A stretch of DNA of 63,291 nt, filler included, from Conidiobolus incongruus B7586 (lineage: Eukaryota): assembly GCA_000697335.1 (NCBI GenBank). It is 7 parts of 7 records of this genome, joined end to end, with 100 filler letters (N's around TTAATTAATTAA, not from the genome) between each part and the next. Parts side by side here need not be neighbours in the genome. Positions count along the whole stretch, not along the records: positions 8,161 to 14,820 come from JNEM01006378.1; positions 14,921 to 29,776 come from JNEM01006379.1; 5 more parts are not named here. One strand, given 5' to 3'. Position 1 is the stretch's first letter; every line of letters begins with the position of its first letter. The notes under the pieces are model-generated. The model was not told the origin of the DNA, made no database searches, and saw nothing but the letters and a program-made list of their open reading frames with translations. This document shows, one piece after another, positions 12,055 to 24,975 of this stretch. A program made the position numbers and the translations under genes.

Positions 12055-13203
12055 ATGAAATTCCCCTCAGTTTTTGCCACTTTCACTGTTTTAGTTGCTT
12101 CTTTGATCCAAGGTGAAGTTATCAACGGCAGACACATCGTTGTATTCGACCAAACCGCTCGTTCTTCTTTCGAAGCCAACGTCGCCTCCATTACCGATCT
12201 TTTCGTCAGCCGTAGTGGTGAAAATCAAATCATTCACCAATACGATGAAGTCCTCTATGGTGTTTCCGCTAAACTCGATGATGCCACTTTGGAAAAGGTC
12301 AAGGCTCTTCCCAATGTTGCTAAAGTCTACCCCGTCACCAAGGTTTCCGCTGACAGAACCCAAAAAGATGCTCCCTGGGGCCTTGCTCGTATCTCTCACC
12401 GCAAAAAGTTGGACAATGCTCCATATAAGTATGAATATGATTCCAATGCTGGTAAAGGTGTCTATGTTTATGTCTTAGACACTGGTATCAACGTCACCCA
12501 CGAAGAATTCCAAGGTCGTGCTTCCTGGGGTATTACTACCGTTGAAGGTTCTTCTAATGACGATAAACATGGTCATGGTACTCACTGCGCTGGTACCATT
12601 GCCGGTAAGACTTATGGTGTTGCTAAGAAAGCACACGTTGTCGCCGTCAAGGTTTTGGGTGATGATGGTTATGGTTCTGATGAAAATGTTATTGCTGGTA
12701 TCAACTTTGCCCTCAAGGACAGAAAGAACCAAAAGAAAAAGGTCGTCTCTATGAGTTTGGGAGGTGATGCCAGTGATGTTTTGGACAAGGCCATCGAAGA
12801 AGGTATTTCCAAGGGTCTCATTACCGTCGTCGCTGCCGGTAACGAAAACACTGATGCCTGTACCAAGTCCCCCGCTCGTTCTCCTTCCGCTATCACTGTT
12901 GGTGCTACCAACATCACCGACACCAAGGCTTGGTTCTCCAACTATGGTAAGTGTGTCGATATCTTGGCTCCTGGTGTTAAGGTTCTCTCCGCTTGGATTG
13001 GTTCTAACACTGCTAACAAGACCATCTCTGGTACATCCATGGCCACTCCCCACGTTGCTGGTCTCGCTGCCACTCTCCTCTCTCAAGACGTTCCTGTCAA
13101 GTCCGTCGAACGCAGACTTAAGCAACTCGCTACTAGAAATGCTATCACTGGTTTCAATACTGAAACTGTTAACCTTTTGGCATTCAATGGTGAAACTTAC
13201 TAA
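12055..13203 (+). CDS. Secreted subtilisin-like serine protease (S8A, proteinase K type) with signal peptide and I9 propeptide, 382 aa, intronless
   Basis: ATG at 12055. PWGLARIS, catalytic DTG / HGHGTHCAG / SGTSMATPHVAG. TATATAAGG at 11992. Confidence 0.97.
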   Translation: MKFPSVFATFTVLVASLIQGEVINGRHIVVFDQTARSSFEANVASITDLFVSRSGENQIIHQYDEVLYGVSAKLDDATLEKVKALPNVAKVYPVTKVSADRTQKDAPWGLARISHRKKLDNAPYKYEYDSNAGKGVYVYVLDTGINVTHEEFQGRASWGITTVEGSSNDDKHGHGTHCAGTIAGKTYGVAKKAHVVAVKVLGDDGYGSDENVIAGINFALKDRKNQKKKVVSMSLGGDASDVLDKAIEEGISKGLITVVAAGNENTDACTKSPARSPSAITVGATNITDTKAWFSNYGKCVDILAPGVKVLSAWIGSNTANKTISGTSMATPHVAGLAATLLSQDVPVKSVERRLKQLATRNAITGFNTETVNLLAFNGETY

Positions 13204-16200
13204 ATTCAAATCATACAATTAACTATTTAATAAAACTATTAAATTATAAAACCAACAATCATTACATGATTATCTGGTAAATAAGAGTATTAATATTATA
13301 AATATATAAAATTATAAAAACTGTTTAATTTCAGTTTAAAATTCTTTACAACTATTTTTACTTAATAATAAAAAAATTAATATATATCTTATTAATTCTT
13401 ATTTATATAATTTTAATAATAAATTTTTGAAATTTAATAATTTATAATCTTATTAAATTGATTAATTATTAATTCAACTATTTTGATAACAAAACTTTTA
13501 TTTCATATTTAAAAACTTATTATATTCTATTAATATATTTCATATTCAATTATTTTCTTAAACTTTATAATAAAATTATAATTTGATTATAAACATATTA
13601 TAGTTGGACTTGAAAAATCTAATTTTTTTAACTCAAGTATAATTTATTTTATTATATTAAGACTTGATTATTAATAAATACTATTTATGTTATTTAATTT
13701 ATATCAAAATATAACTACTATATTATATACAATATTAATTAAAAAAATTTAAGTATCATTTTTCTAATTAATAAATATAACTTTTTTTCTTTCTGGATCT
13801 TTTATTCTTTTATTATTATCTTTTAAAATTATTAACTATCATTTTCAATATTACAATATATTGATATAATCTATTACATTAACTTGAATATCCAATGCTT
13901 AAATAGACTCCCCAATAAATCAAATAGAATATATTATTAATAACTATAATTATTATTTGGCGACTATTTCTTATTATCCATAAATGAATTTAAAATGCAC
14001 TAACTTTTAATTAATAAAAAGTTGATATTTTTTAAAATAAGGTAATCATATAAGTAATATTATTTTAATTGATAAATCAGTATTTTTTTGATTGTTATTA
14101 ATCATTTTTTTATAAAAGTTAAGACTAATATTATTAATAATAGAGCTATAATAGACTAACTAATATATATTAACTAATGTATTTGTACTAACTAATATAT
14201 TTAAAGAATAAATAAAATCTGTGATATATTAAATTTATGATTTTATTTCTAATTTAAGTTCTTCTTTGCATTATATAAGATTTAACTTAGTCATAATTAT
14301 AATTATATTTTTTTAATTAAATAAATTATATAAAATACAAATTATTTAATTCAATAATATTATATTATACAAATAAACCTATTATTTAATAATTAATTTA
14401 TGATTTAATTTTTTCTATAGTTAAAATAAATTTGTTTAATTATAAGGATTAAAAATATATATAAAGAATTTAAAATTGAATATTATAGATTTTAAACAAA
14501 GACTTTCAAATGATTTAATATATATTAATTATATTATTTTTAGAGAGTTTACTATATTCAATATCGATTAGAACTTTAAATATACAAACCAATATATTGA
14601 TTAAATTTTGATTATATTTTAAATATTAAATGTTAATTTTTTCTCAGATATTTACTATAGTTAATATATTCATTAAAATATATAATATATTAGTTAAAAT
14701 ATTTATTAAAACTATAACCTAGTATAATAATTAGTATATAATTATTTAATTATTTTATATAGTCAATATAATTGATTCATATAGCTTAAAATTTTTAAAA
14801 TATTTAAAATTTTAAAATTTNNNNNNNNNNNNNNNNNNNNNNNNNNNNNNNNNNNNNNNNNNNNTTAATTAATTAANNNNNNNNNNNNNNNNNNNNNNNN
14901 NNNNNNNNNNNNNNNNNNNNGATAATATTGGTAAAACTATTTTTTAACTATATAAAATAAGAAAAGATTACAATATTTTTTAATATTTATATTTTTTATT
15001 TTGATAACTTTGGATTATAATTAATATTTTAAGAATTTATAATCAAGTTTTAAAATATCAATCATATTAGATAATATTCTTATTTAATTTTATTTTTTGA
15101 AAACAGATTAACTATTATCTATACCTGAAAAATAGTATTTTTAAAAATAAAATAAATTAAAATTAATAAAAATCAATCAATTGATTAAATTTAAATAATA
15201 TTAACATATAAATGATTTTAGACTATTAATTAATATTTCTATGAAAGTATAGTAATATTTTGAAAATTATGTAATTAATTTATAAGTATAATAGTAAAAA
15301 AAACTAATATAATATAGAAGAAGACTTAATATAAAATAGAGCGGCTTATAATATAATACCTATTATATAGCAAAATAATATGATTATAAACAAAGTTTAA
15401 TTAAGCTTTCTAAACAAATAAGTCAGTATTAATATATTAGGTTTTTTATTAGATAATGCCAATATATTTTAATACCAATAAAATATACTTTTAACTTTCA
15501 AAATAATATAAAAAATAAGGAAAAGTCAAAATTAAAGCAGAAAACCAAGTTTACTAAATATTTCAATAATATCTTTATAATTAATTTAATTTCAAAAAGA
15601 TGAATTCATTGATTCATTTATAGTTAAAAAATTTATATCAAAATATATATAGATTTTATAACTGATCTTGTAATGAAATTAATACTATTAATAAATATAT
15701 AATTTAAGATAAAAATAAATAAATATTTTTTAAAATATAACTTAAAATTCAAAGAACCTTTATTTTTAGGTAATTATATAAATCCTTATATAAATCTTAT
15801 TTTAATTCAAGTAAGGCTTTTTAATCAACTAATCGCAAAAGATAGTATTTCAAATTTTTATCTAAAAAAATAAATTGAATTGAATATTTGATATATTTTT
15901 ATACTTTGAAAATATCTGTTAAGTTTATATTTCTCCTTTTGATAATAACTTTGTCAATGCATAATTAAAAAATATCACTTACTGAATCAACTATTTAAAA
16001 GTTTGTTAATAACCATCTTTATTAAAATATTTAATTATATATTATATTAATGTCAAAAATAAAATAAAATATCATATTCATTGATTTTAAAAGTTATTAT
16101 CCTTTTTCTGTATATATTTAGAATTTATATCATTATTATTAATATATTTTACTCATAAAAAGTTATATATTATTGTAAAGAAATGTATATTTAATATATA

Positions 16201-16754
16201 TCAAGATATAGTTATATTTGAATTATAACAATTAATTAAAATGAATCAAATCCAAATTGAAGTTTATTATTTAGTTTTTTATTAGATAATTGAATTAGTG
16301 CAAATTTTTTTATTGTATTATTTAATTAATCCAATGCAAACAGTAACAATAATAGTTGTATTTTTTTCTTAATTTAATTTGACAAATTAATTATAAATAA
16401 ACCAATAATAAAGAAATGGTTATTAATAAGCCCAGTGGTTTCTATTTCAATAAATAATTTTATAAATTATTTAATATCTTAACAATTATTACTTTAAATT
16501 AACAATTTAAAATTGTTATAAAGTTAGAATAAATATAATTGAAAATGTTAAATCGTCCATAACTGAGAATATATCCAAGTCATAAAATATTTCATATGAA
16601 GAAAATAGTAGCTATAATATCAAATGGAATTGTTAGTAATATAAAAATATTTTTAACAGGATAAAATGATCTATAATTAATATTAATTTGCATATCATAA
16701 TAACATGAAATATTTATTCATTAAACATAAGAGATTTATAATAATTGAAAATAT

Positions 16755-17835
16755 ATGAATATGGTTACAACTTTTGCCTTTAAATTTTATCTGTATTCGT
16801 AATAATATTAAACTCAACCAACAAAATATAAAATGATAATGGTCAGTAATTATGACTGAAATTGGATAATAATGATTTTACTCTGTTCAAAATTATATTT
16901 CAATCATAATTAAACAAATCTGATAAATGATGAATAATTGGCCTAAAATACATCTAAAATAATATTTTAATGATATATAAAAATCAGTAATTACTTGAAT
17001 GATGTAAGAAATTAAGATATAGTAATTGAAATGCTCCTTGTGGCCTTGCTTGTGTGTCTCAGAAACAAGCTTGATTCCTCTCCTTATACTTATCGTCAAG
17101 GCCTAAAATCTTGAAATGGAGTCAATATAGATATGCTTAATACAGATATCAATATCGCTCATTCTGGTTTTGAAAGTCTTGGAAAATAGGGAACAAAAAC
17201 CGTCTCATAGACCTCCGATAATGATAAATATGGCCATGATGCCCATTGCGCTGATACTGTTCAGGGGAAACTTACGGAATAGCTGATATTGCTAATCTGG
17301 CTCCAGCCAAAGTCTAAAAGGTTTTGGATTTAGATGAAATTTAAATTTAAATATAGGTATTGATTTAGTAAGATTATAAGTGGTAAAAACAGAAATTTTA
17401 TATCTACGAATTTGGAAGATGGTAAACGTGAAGCTGTCGATGAAGCTGTAGAAAAAGCTATGAAAGAAAAAATAGTTACTATTGTATCTGCAAGTAATGA
17501 AAATTTTGTGATTACTCTCCAGAAGTATTATCAAATACAATTACAATTCGAGATAAAGCTGTTGAGAGCAAGAAAGCATATTATTTCCATCAGAAAAATA
17601 TGCCGATATCTTTTCAATAGGAGTAAATATTTTATTTACATTGGTTGGAAATAAAACTGAAACCAACACAACCTTAGAAACTGATATAGCGAGTTTTCAT
17701 ATTCTAGGAATCGCAGTAAATTTACTCGGACGAGGAGCAAAACAATGATATAGAAAGCTCAAATCAATTAGAACCAAGGGCAAAGGTTCAGAAGTTAATT
17801 CAAAATCACCTATCATTTTAATATACAACATATAG
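16755..17835 (+). pseudogene. Subtilisin pseudogene
   Basis: Decayed motifs: ccttgtggccttgcttgtgtgtctcag (PWGLARVSQ), tatggccatgatgcccattgcgctgatact (HGHGTHCAGT), EAVDEAVEKAMKEKIVTIVSASNE. Many frameshifts and stops. The 5' boundary is approximate. Confidence 0.85.
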
Positions 17836-19982
17836 AGAAAATATTAGAATGACTGAAATAAGTTACAACACAAACTTTGGATTTATTTTTATAATATATT
17901 TATAAAGACAAATAATTCATAATAACACAATGTTTGATAGAATCAAATTTATCAACAAGATTTAAATTTGATGAGTGTATTAATATAGTCATGTATAGAT
18001 AGTTTTGTGGGCATTTAAAGGTGATTAGATTCCTTATTCAAACTATACTCTAATCACTGAATATGAAAAATAATGATATTAATTGAAAAATAAACATTTG
18101 AATTTTTATTAATGAATTAGGTCTAAGTATTAAGAACAGTCAGAATTTCAAATTAATATATCCCTGATTATGCTTCAAATTCAGAAAAACCATTATCATA
18201 TATAGTTGTTTTATATTCTGATAGAGGATTAGTTAATTCTGATGGGTGTTCAAACAGGAATGAATTTTTGAATGCGAGCTATTTGAATAATAAACAGCCA
18301 TATTTTATAAGATTATTCTAATCAATTTTGTATTATTACCTAGCTTGAATATAAAATTACATATTAATAATATTAAGGCTATAATATTTAGTTGAAAGAT
18401 GGATATAAAATATTAGAAAATATGATGGGTTTTTGAAATAGGCTATAAATCAATTATATAGTGGTTTATAATATTCATTATACTTTTATATCTTTAATAA
18501 CAAAAGTATAACTTTTATTCACTAAATTTCTGTATGACGTTAGTGTATATAATTGATAAAAATCAGGATAAAAACTCAATATAAAATAAAATTAGCTAAA
18601 AATCTACAATGTATTTATATATTAAAATTATAATACTAGGATTCTTTTTTAAAATATTTAATAAACTATTCATTTTGAAGCACACTATTAGAGTTCATAT
18701 AAGGATAAATAAATACGAATTTGATGTTCAAATCACCAGATCAAATCTGAGGAAGCTTCAGAACCATATTTCAAAATTCTTAACTTGATGATCTTTAAAA
18801 ACTTAAACAAGAATTTAGGAAATTATCAATCTGAAATACCACTGTTTAATTAATTATATTAAAATTTAATTATCGAAATAATATAATAGTTTTTATAAAC
18901 TTAGAAATATACATCCACTTATTGATTATAATTTTAACAATATTATAAGTAAATCTAAATTTTAGAATTTATATTACTTAAAGCTATCACTATGAAAAAT
19001 ATCTAGGATAAACAAAGATTTAACTATAATCAATATCAATACTCTGATCTGTTATAAGGTTTAAAGTTCAATTAATCAGACCCAATTAATCATATGATTT
19101 TATAATAGAGTGGAAATTTATCAAAAAATTATAATCACTATATATGGGATATAATTAAGTATTTGAATGAGATAAAGAAACAAAAACAACTATAACAAAA
19201 TATTTTAGTGATATCATTTCAATTTACACAGTCGTTATAAGCTTAAGCTGGATTATTAAAAGTATTTTAATAAATTTATATTTTTGAGATGAATGTTAAT
19301 AAATTTAGACAATGAATTCTCAGTTTACCAAATAGAATTAAAATTTTTCATAATGTGTTAAGCATCGAAACATTTTATAATGAATCAAAATTAACTAATA
19401 TGCTAATAATTAAGTGTATAATAAAAGATATGTTTCTATGATCGAAATTTTGTTGTTTAATCAATCTTTGACTCTTATTAGTAATTTAATTTTCTAACAT
19501 TAAATTAATTTTAATAATATCTATCTGAAAATTGAATTTAAATACACTAATTATTCTTAAAATTTGAAAAAAAAATTGAATAGTATCTATAGCAAGAAAT
19601 TATCTATTTTAATGAAGAGTTACTATATTAGGGCTATTCATAAATATTTTAACCAAATTTATATATTTTGCAAAAAATTGTCCCCATACATGACATTTCC
19701 ACTTTTAATTATTCTTAATAGTATGACCAATATGACCTGGAATCATATCCATATAAGAATTCTTCATTATAAGTTTGATAAAAAAAATAATATAATAGCA
19801 GAATTAAGCAATTAAATTTTTTTTTCGAGTAATCAAGGATTAAAAAATATATATAAAATACAAAAGAAGTCACTTGAACATTGTATCACAAGATTGGAAA
19901 GTTGGAGCATTGATTAAATGTATATAAGGAGCCTTGAAAATACAGCGTTTATTACTTATCTATATTATTTATAACTACAAAT

Positions 19983-21131
19983 ATGCAATTATCTTCAGTA
20001 TTCGCCACTTTCACTCTTTTGGTCGCATCATTGGTCCAAGGTGTAGATGTTGAAGGAAGATACATCGTACAATTCAATCAAAATGCCCGCTCCTCCTTCG
20101 AAGCCCAAGTTGCTACTATTAGCGATCTTTTCGTTAGCCGCAATGACGAAAACCAGATCATCCATGAATATGACGAAGTCCTTTATGGTGTCTCAGCTAA
20201 ACTTGATGCTGCCACCTTAGAAAAGGTCAAGGCTCTACCCAATGTTGCAAGCGTTACCCCCGTCCAAACAGTTTCCATTAATAAAATCCAAAAGGATGCC
20301 CCTTGGGGTCTTGCTCGTGTTTCACAGCGCCAAAAACTCGAAAAAGCTCCTTACACTTATGAATACTATGCCGAAGGAGGTAACGATGTCTATGTCTATG
20401 TCTTAGACACCGGTATCAACGTTAACCACAAAGAATTCCAAGGTCGTGCTTACTGGGGTACTACTACCGTTGAAGGTTCTTCTAATGACGATAAACATGG
20501 TCATGGTACTCACTGCGCTGGTACCATTGCCGGTAAGACTTATGGTGTTGCTAAGAAGGCTCGTGTCATTGCGGTTAAGGTTTTGGGTGATGACGGTTAT
20601 GGTTCCGATGACAACGTAATTGCTGGTATCAACTTCGCTCTCAAGGACAGAAGAGATGCCAAGAGAAAGGTTCTCTCTATGAGTTTGGGAGGAGATGCCA
20701 GTGAAGTTTTAGATAAGGCTATCGAACATGGTGTCCTAAAGGGTCTCGTCACTGTTGTAGCTGCAGGTAATGACGATAAAGATGCTTGTAACTACTCTCC
20801 TGCTCGGGCTCCCTCCGCTATTACAGTTGGTGCTACTGATGTTGATGATAAAAAGGCTTGGTTCTCTAATTATGGTAAGTGTGTCGATATCTTAGCCCCT
20901 GGTATGAAGATTCTCTCATCCTGGATCGGCTCTAACACCGCTAACAAGACCATCTCTGGTACATCCATGGCCACTCCCCACGTTGCTGGTCTCGCTGCCA
21001 CCCTCCTCTCCCAAGGTGTCCCCACCAAGGAAGTCGAACGCAAACTTAAGCAAATGGGTACTAAAAATGCTATCACTGGTTTCAATGCCGAAACCGTCAA
21101 CCTTTTGGCATACAACGGTATTCATGATTAA
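19983..21131 (+). CDS. Secreted subtilisin-like serine protease (S8A), 382 aa, close paralog of 12055-13203
   Basis: Signal peptide, I9 propeptide, intact D/H/S triad. TATATAAGG at 19921. Confidence 0.97.
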   Translation: MQLSSVFATFTLLVASLVQGVDVEGRYIVQFNQNARSSFEAQVATISDLFVSRNDENQIIHEYDEVLYGVSAKLDAATLEKVKALPNVASVTPVQTVSINKIQKDAPWGLARVSQRQKLEKAPYTYEYYAEGGNDVYVYVLDTGINVNHKEFQGRAYWGTTTVEGSSNDDKHGHGTHCAGTIAGKTYGVAKKARVIAVKVLGDDGYGSDDNVIAGINFALKDRRDAKRKVLSMSLGGDASEVLDKAIEHGVLKGLVTVVAAGNDDKDACNYSPARAPSAITVGATDVDDKKAWFSNYGKCVDILAPGMKILSSWIGSNTANKTISGTSMATPHVAGLAATLLSQGVPTKEVERKLKQMGTKNAITGFNAETVNLLAYNGIHD

Positions 21132-22282
21132 ATCACAAAATTATTTAAAAATGTATAAATCATTCCAATAAATCCAAATATATAATATTCATATTAATAA
21201 GGTTAGTTTATGTAATTGCTGTACAAATTATCCAAATGATTGTATAATCACGTCTTTAAAAATCTTAACAATTAAATAGTTTACTAACATAATTTATAAT
21301 AAAATGGATAGTTTTCAAAAATTTGAAAAAAATATAATTCCATAGTTCGGTACCCTTTTTTATCAAATTTCTATTTCATATTTCACTATTCTTATGATAA
21401 CACATCTCTAACCATTCTAATTTGATAAGGATCCAAAAAATAGATTTTATATTTGAAATATAACTATAAGAAAAGGTTAATTTATGACTAATGTTCTTAT
21501 TAGAATCTTAGATAATTCAACAAATGATGAAAGGAGCTTGATATTAAATTATACCCTTTTATTATAATATATACTATTATGACTAAATCATTTCAAAAAA
21601 AAATAATAGATAATTTCAATCACATCTAGAGTGATACATTGATTGTTTACCAATCAAGTTGTCTATTATTCAATCTAAATTTTAACTATTTTTTAAAATG
21701 AGCTTTACCTAAAAAATTAATTGGTATTAATTGAATAATAAATTATTAAAATATTCTATATTTTAAACAATTCACAACTTAAATATTTGTTTCAATTATC
21801 ATATTCTTCTTGCTTCATTTTAACAATATTAATTTTATATTATTATTCAAGCGTTGGAAATTCCATCCAGCTACCTTTGTAATATATTGTAGACAATTAC
21901 ATTTGCTGACCTTGCAAGTTGTGATATAAATTATTTATGATGGTAAAATATGCTGTTCAAATGGTCTTGGTGTATCAATGAGAGATGGATAATGTGAAAC
22001 TACTTAAATTTTATTAATTTTCCATTAATATTTGCATTTCATTGTGTATTAAAAGATTATCTTAATCCTACTTTTAAAGTAGAAAGCAAAATTTAATGAT
22101 TAATTAAAGATGAAAGGAAGATTGAGTTAATGTTACTTAGAGTGTATGCATCAGTGGTGTAGTTAATGTTATATCTAAGCTTTGTTAAATATCTAGTTGG
22201 GTTGATAATTTTAGTCAATAATGAGCTATGTGAATATAAGTTTTAAAATAACTGTTTGTTTAGTGTAAAAATTACACAGCTA

Positions 22283-23580
22283 TTACTCTGTATTTTTAAT
22301 AATGGGAATTTTTTGCAATTGAAAATAAATAAATATTTTAATATATAATATATAAAAATAAATATATAATATAAATTTAATAGATTTTTTATTATTAATA
22401 ACTTTTTGCTATACTTTTAGCAAAGATCTAACATTTAAAAAACAGTTCTTTTTATTAAAGACTGAAATTTAATATTTCACAAACCAATTAAATTTTCTTG
22501 TAGAAATTTTCTTTTTTACAAGCTAGTTTTTTAATTACCTAAAGCAATTATAATTATATAGGTTATAATTTAAAGAGTATACTAGATGTAATAGTTTTTC
22601 TAATTATTTTTAATTAGAAAGTTTTTATAGGTTTAAATTTATTTATTTTACAATTATTATACAAAATAATAAATCTTCTTAAATTATATTAAAAACACTA
22701 ATTAAAAATACTTTTATTTAAAAAAGCAATATAAAATTTACTATTAATTAATTTTCCTTGAAAAACTAAATAAGAATAGAATATATTATTATAATTTATT
22801 ATAATAATTAATATTTATTTATTAACAAAATAATTATTTAAAGGGATTTATAAAAAAGGTTAATTTAACTTAATTTAACATTTTAATTTATGTTTAATAA
22901 AAGATTACATAAAGATTTTAGATTTATTAATTATAATTATTTACTATTAAAGTTTAAGCTTCTAAAAATATTTTAGTAAGTTTTATTTAATAATAACTAC
23001 TCTAACTTTTTTTTAAGTTTCAATTAAATTATAAGATACTAATTTTATATTTTTATTTATTAATTTGAGTTTAAATTTTAATATATATAAAATACTTGTA
23101 AAACTAATATTAAAGTACTTAGATAATTCTTTAACTGAAATAAAAAGGTATTTTTTAATATATTTTTTCACTTTATTAACAATTAAAAAAGTAATAATTA
23201 AAGTTAATTTTTTAGATTTTAACAAGTTTTAAATAATTTCTCTTTTAGCTTTAAAGTAATTTACCTAACAATAAATTGTTGATTTAAATAAGGTTTTATT
23301 TTTAAAAGTTGCTTGTAAATTTTAAATAATTTTAAAGGGTTTATGGTTAAGTTTTACTAATACTAAAATAAAAAACTTTTAATAATTACTATTTAGTTTA
23401 AGTATGATTAAATTAAATAACTAATTTTAAAAAGTTAATTTTTTAATCAAAAAAATTATTATATATATTAAAAATATATAATTTCCTATTAACATTGTAT
23501 ATATTTATTTATTTCAAACTAATAATATGTTTGAAAAATCAGAAATTAAAATATTTCCCATTATTTCAAATTTAAGGTAA
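22283..23580 (-). mobile_element. Full-length, heavily mutated mariner (DD34D) element, TA TSD
   Basis: TA|TTACTCTG...TTTAAGGTAA|TA. Colinear over 1.3 kb with 58940-60253. ORF 23013-23225 is a transposase remnant (LVSYNL, from WVPYNL). Confidence 0.92.
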
Positions 23581-23832
23581 TATATTTGAATAATATTCAT
23601 TGAATTAGAATATTAAAAATATTATATCAAATCTTTAAAATTAATATAAATGGTAAATGCATTAAGTATATAGTTTTAAAAATAATAATGGGTTAATATA
23701 ATTAAATTTTGGTTGAATATATCAATAATTAGATAAAAATTATGCTAAATTTTTTTGGTTAGTAATTGTAGAATTAAGATATAAAACACCTTATATATGT
23801 ATTTTTTAATGAAATTTAAAAAACAAACTTCT

Positions 23833-24975
23833 TTAAGAAGTGTATCCATTGAAAAGTAAGATATTGGGAGTTTCAGAATCAAATCCTGTAATTTTGTCCT
23901 TTGTACCAATATTTTTCAATTTGGAATCGATATCTTTGGCCGTGGTTCCTTGACTTAATAAAGTGGCGGCAACGCCTGCAACGTGAGGGGTAGCCATTGA
24001 AGTTCCCGAGATTGTATTGTTAGCTTTGTCGCTTCCAATCCATGCTGATGTGACCTTAACTCCTGGTGCCAAGATATCAACGCACTCACCATAATTGGAG
24101 AAAGAAGCTTTTTTATCTTCAACATCGGTTGCACCAACTGTGATTGCGCTAGGTGCTCCTGCTGGAGAGTAGTCACAAGCGTCTTCATCGTCATTACCTG
24201 CAGCTACAACTACTACAACTCCACTTTTCACTGCCCTTTCAACTGCTTTATCCACAGATGAACTCTTACTTCCTCCCAAGCTCATGGATATGACGTTACC
24301 TTTCTCACCATTTTTATTTTTGATTACCCAACTTATCCCAGCAATAACACTAGAATCTGAACCGTAGCCTATGTCATCGAGCACCTTGACAGCATATAGG
24401 TCAGCAACTTTTGCTACGCCGTAAGTTTTGCCGCCAATCGTGCCTGCACAGTGAGTACCATGACCGTGCTTGTCTTCGTTTGAAGCACCAGAAACGGTTG
24501 TGGTTCCCCATTTGGCACGGCCTTCAAATTCACTGTGATTAATGTTGATACCAGTATCAAGAACATAGACGCTCACTCCAGTTCCAGCCTTGGCGTCATA
24601 ATTATAGGTATAAGGACTAGAGCTGAGTTTTTCCCTCTGGGAAACACGAGCAAGGCCCCAAGGAGAATTGGATTGAGTGGTAACTGCCCTAACCACTTGA
24701 TCAGGCTCGATCGAGACAACATATGGAAGTGCTCTAATTTGGCGGAGAGCATTAGAATCCAATTTAGCAGCCATTCCATTAATTTCATCGCTAAATACGT
24801 GAGTAACAGCGTTTTCTCGACTGTTTCTTCCCAAAATAAACCTATAAATGGAGTTCACTTTTTGTCCAAAATCTAGAGATTGGCTTTCATCAAAGTTAAT
24901 AATGTAATGATTAGGAATAATTTCCCCACTGATATTAAAAATTAAACAAGCTATCAAACTCAATTTAAACTGCAT
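23833..24975 (-). CDS. Secreted subtilisin-like serine protease (S8A), 380 aa, more divergent paralog
   Basis: Signal peptide, I9 propeptide, DTG / HGHGTHCAG / SGTSMATPHVAG. Confidence 0.97.
   Translation of the reverse strand: MQFKLSLIACLIFNISGEIIPNHYIINFDESQSLDFGQKVNSIYRFILGRNSRENAVTHVFSDEINGMAAKLDSNALRQIRALPYVVSIEPDQVVRAVTTQSNSPWGLARVSQREKLSSSPYTYNYDAKAGTGVSVYVLDTGININHSEFEGRAKWGTTTVSGASNEDKHGHGTHCAGTIGGKTYGVAKVADLYAVKVLDDIGYGSDSSVIAGISWVIKNKNGEKGNVISMSLGGSKSSSVDKAVERAVKSGVVVVVAAGNDDEDACDYSPAGAPSAITVGATDVEDKKASFSNYGECVDILAPGVKVTSAWIGSDKANNTISGTSMATPHVAGVAATLLSQGTTAKDIDSKLKNIGTKDKITGFDSETPNILLFNGYTS

Noticed and set aside
12475..13218. 247-aa antisense ORF and other ORFs overlapping the subtilisins
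   Set aside because: Shadow ORFs produced by the strong codon bias of the real genes; no recognisable domain.
19564..19815. 83-aa ORF upstream of subtilisin 2, and similar AT-rich ORFs at 16893, 27573, 33902 and 43908
   Set aside because: Low-complexity I/N/K/F/Y composition typical of chance ORFs in AT-rich DNA.
21850..22200. Slightly GC-elevated stretch next to the mariner
   Set aside because: No ORF, motif or repeat partner that I could identify.
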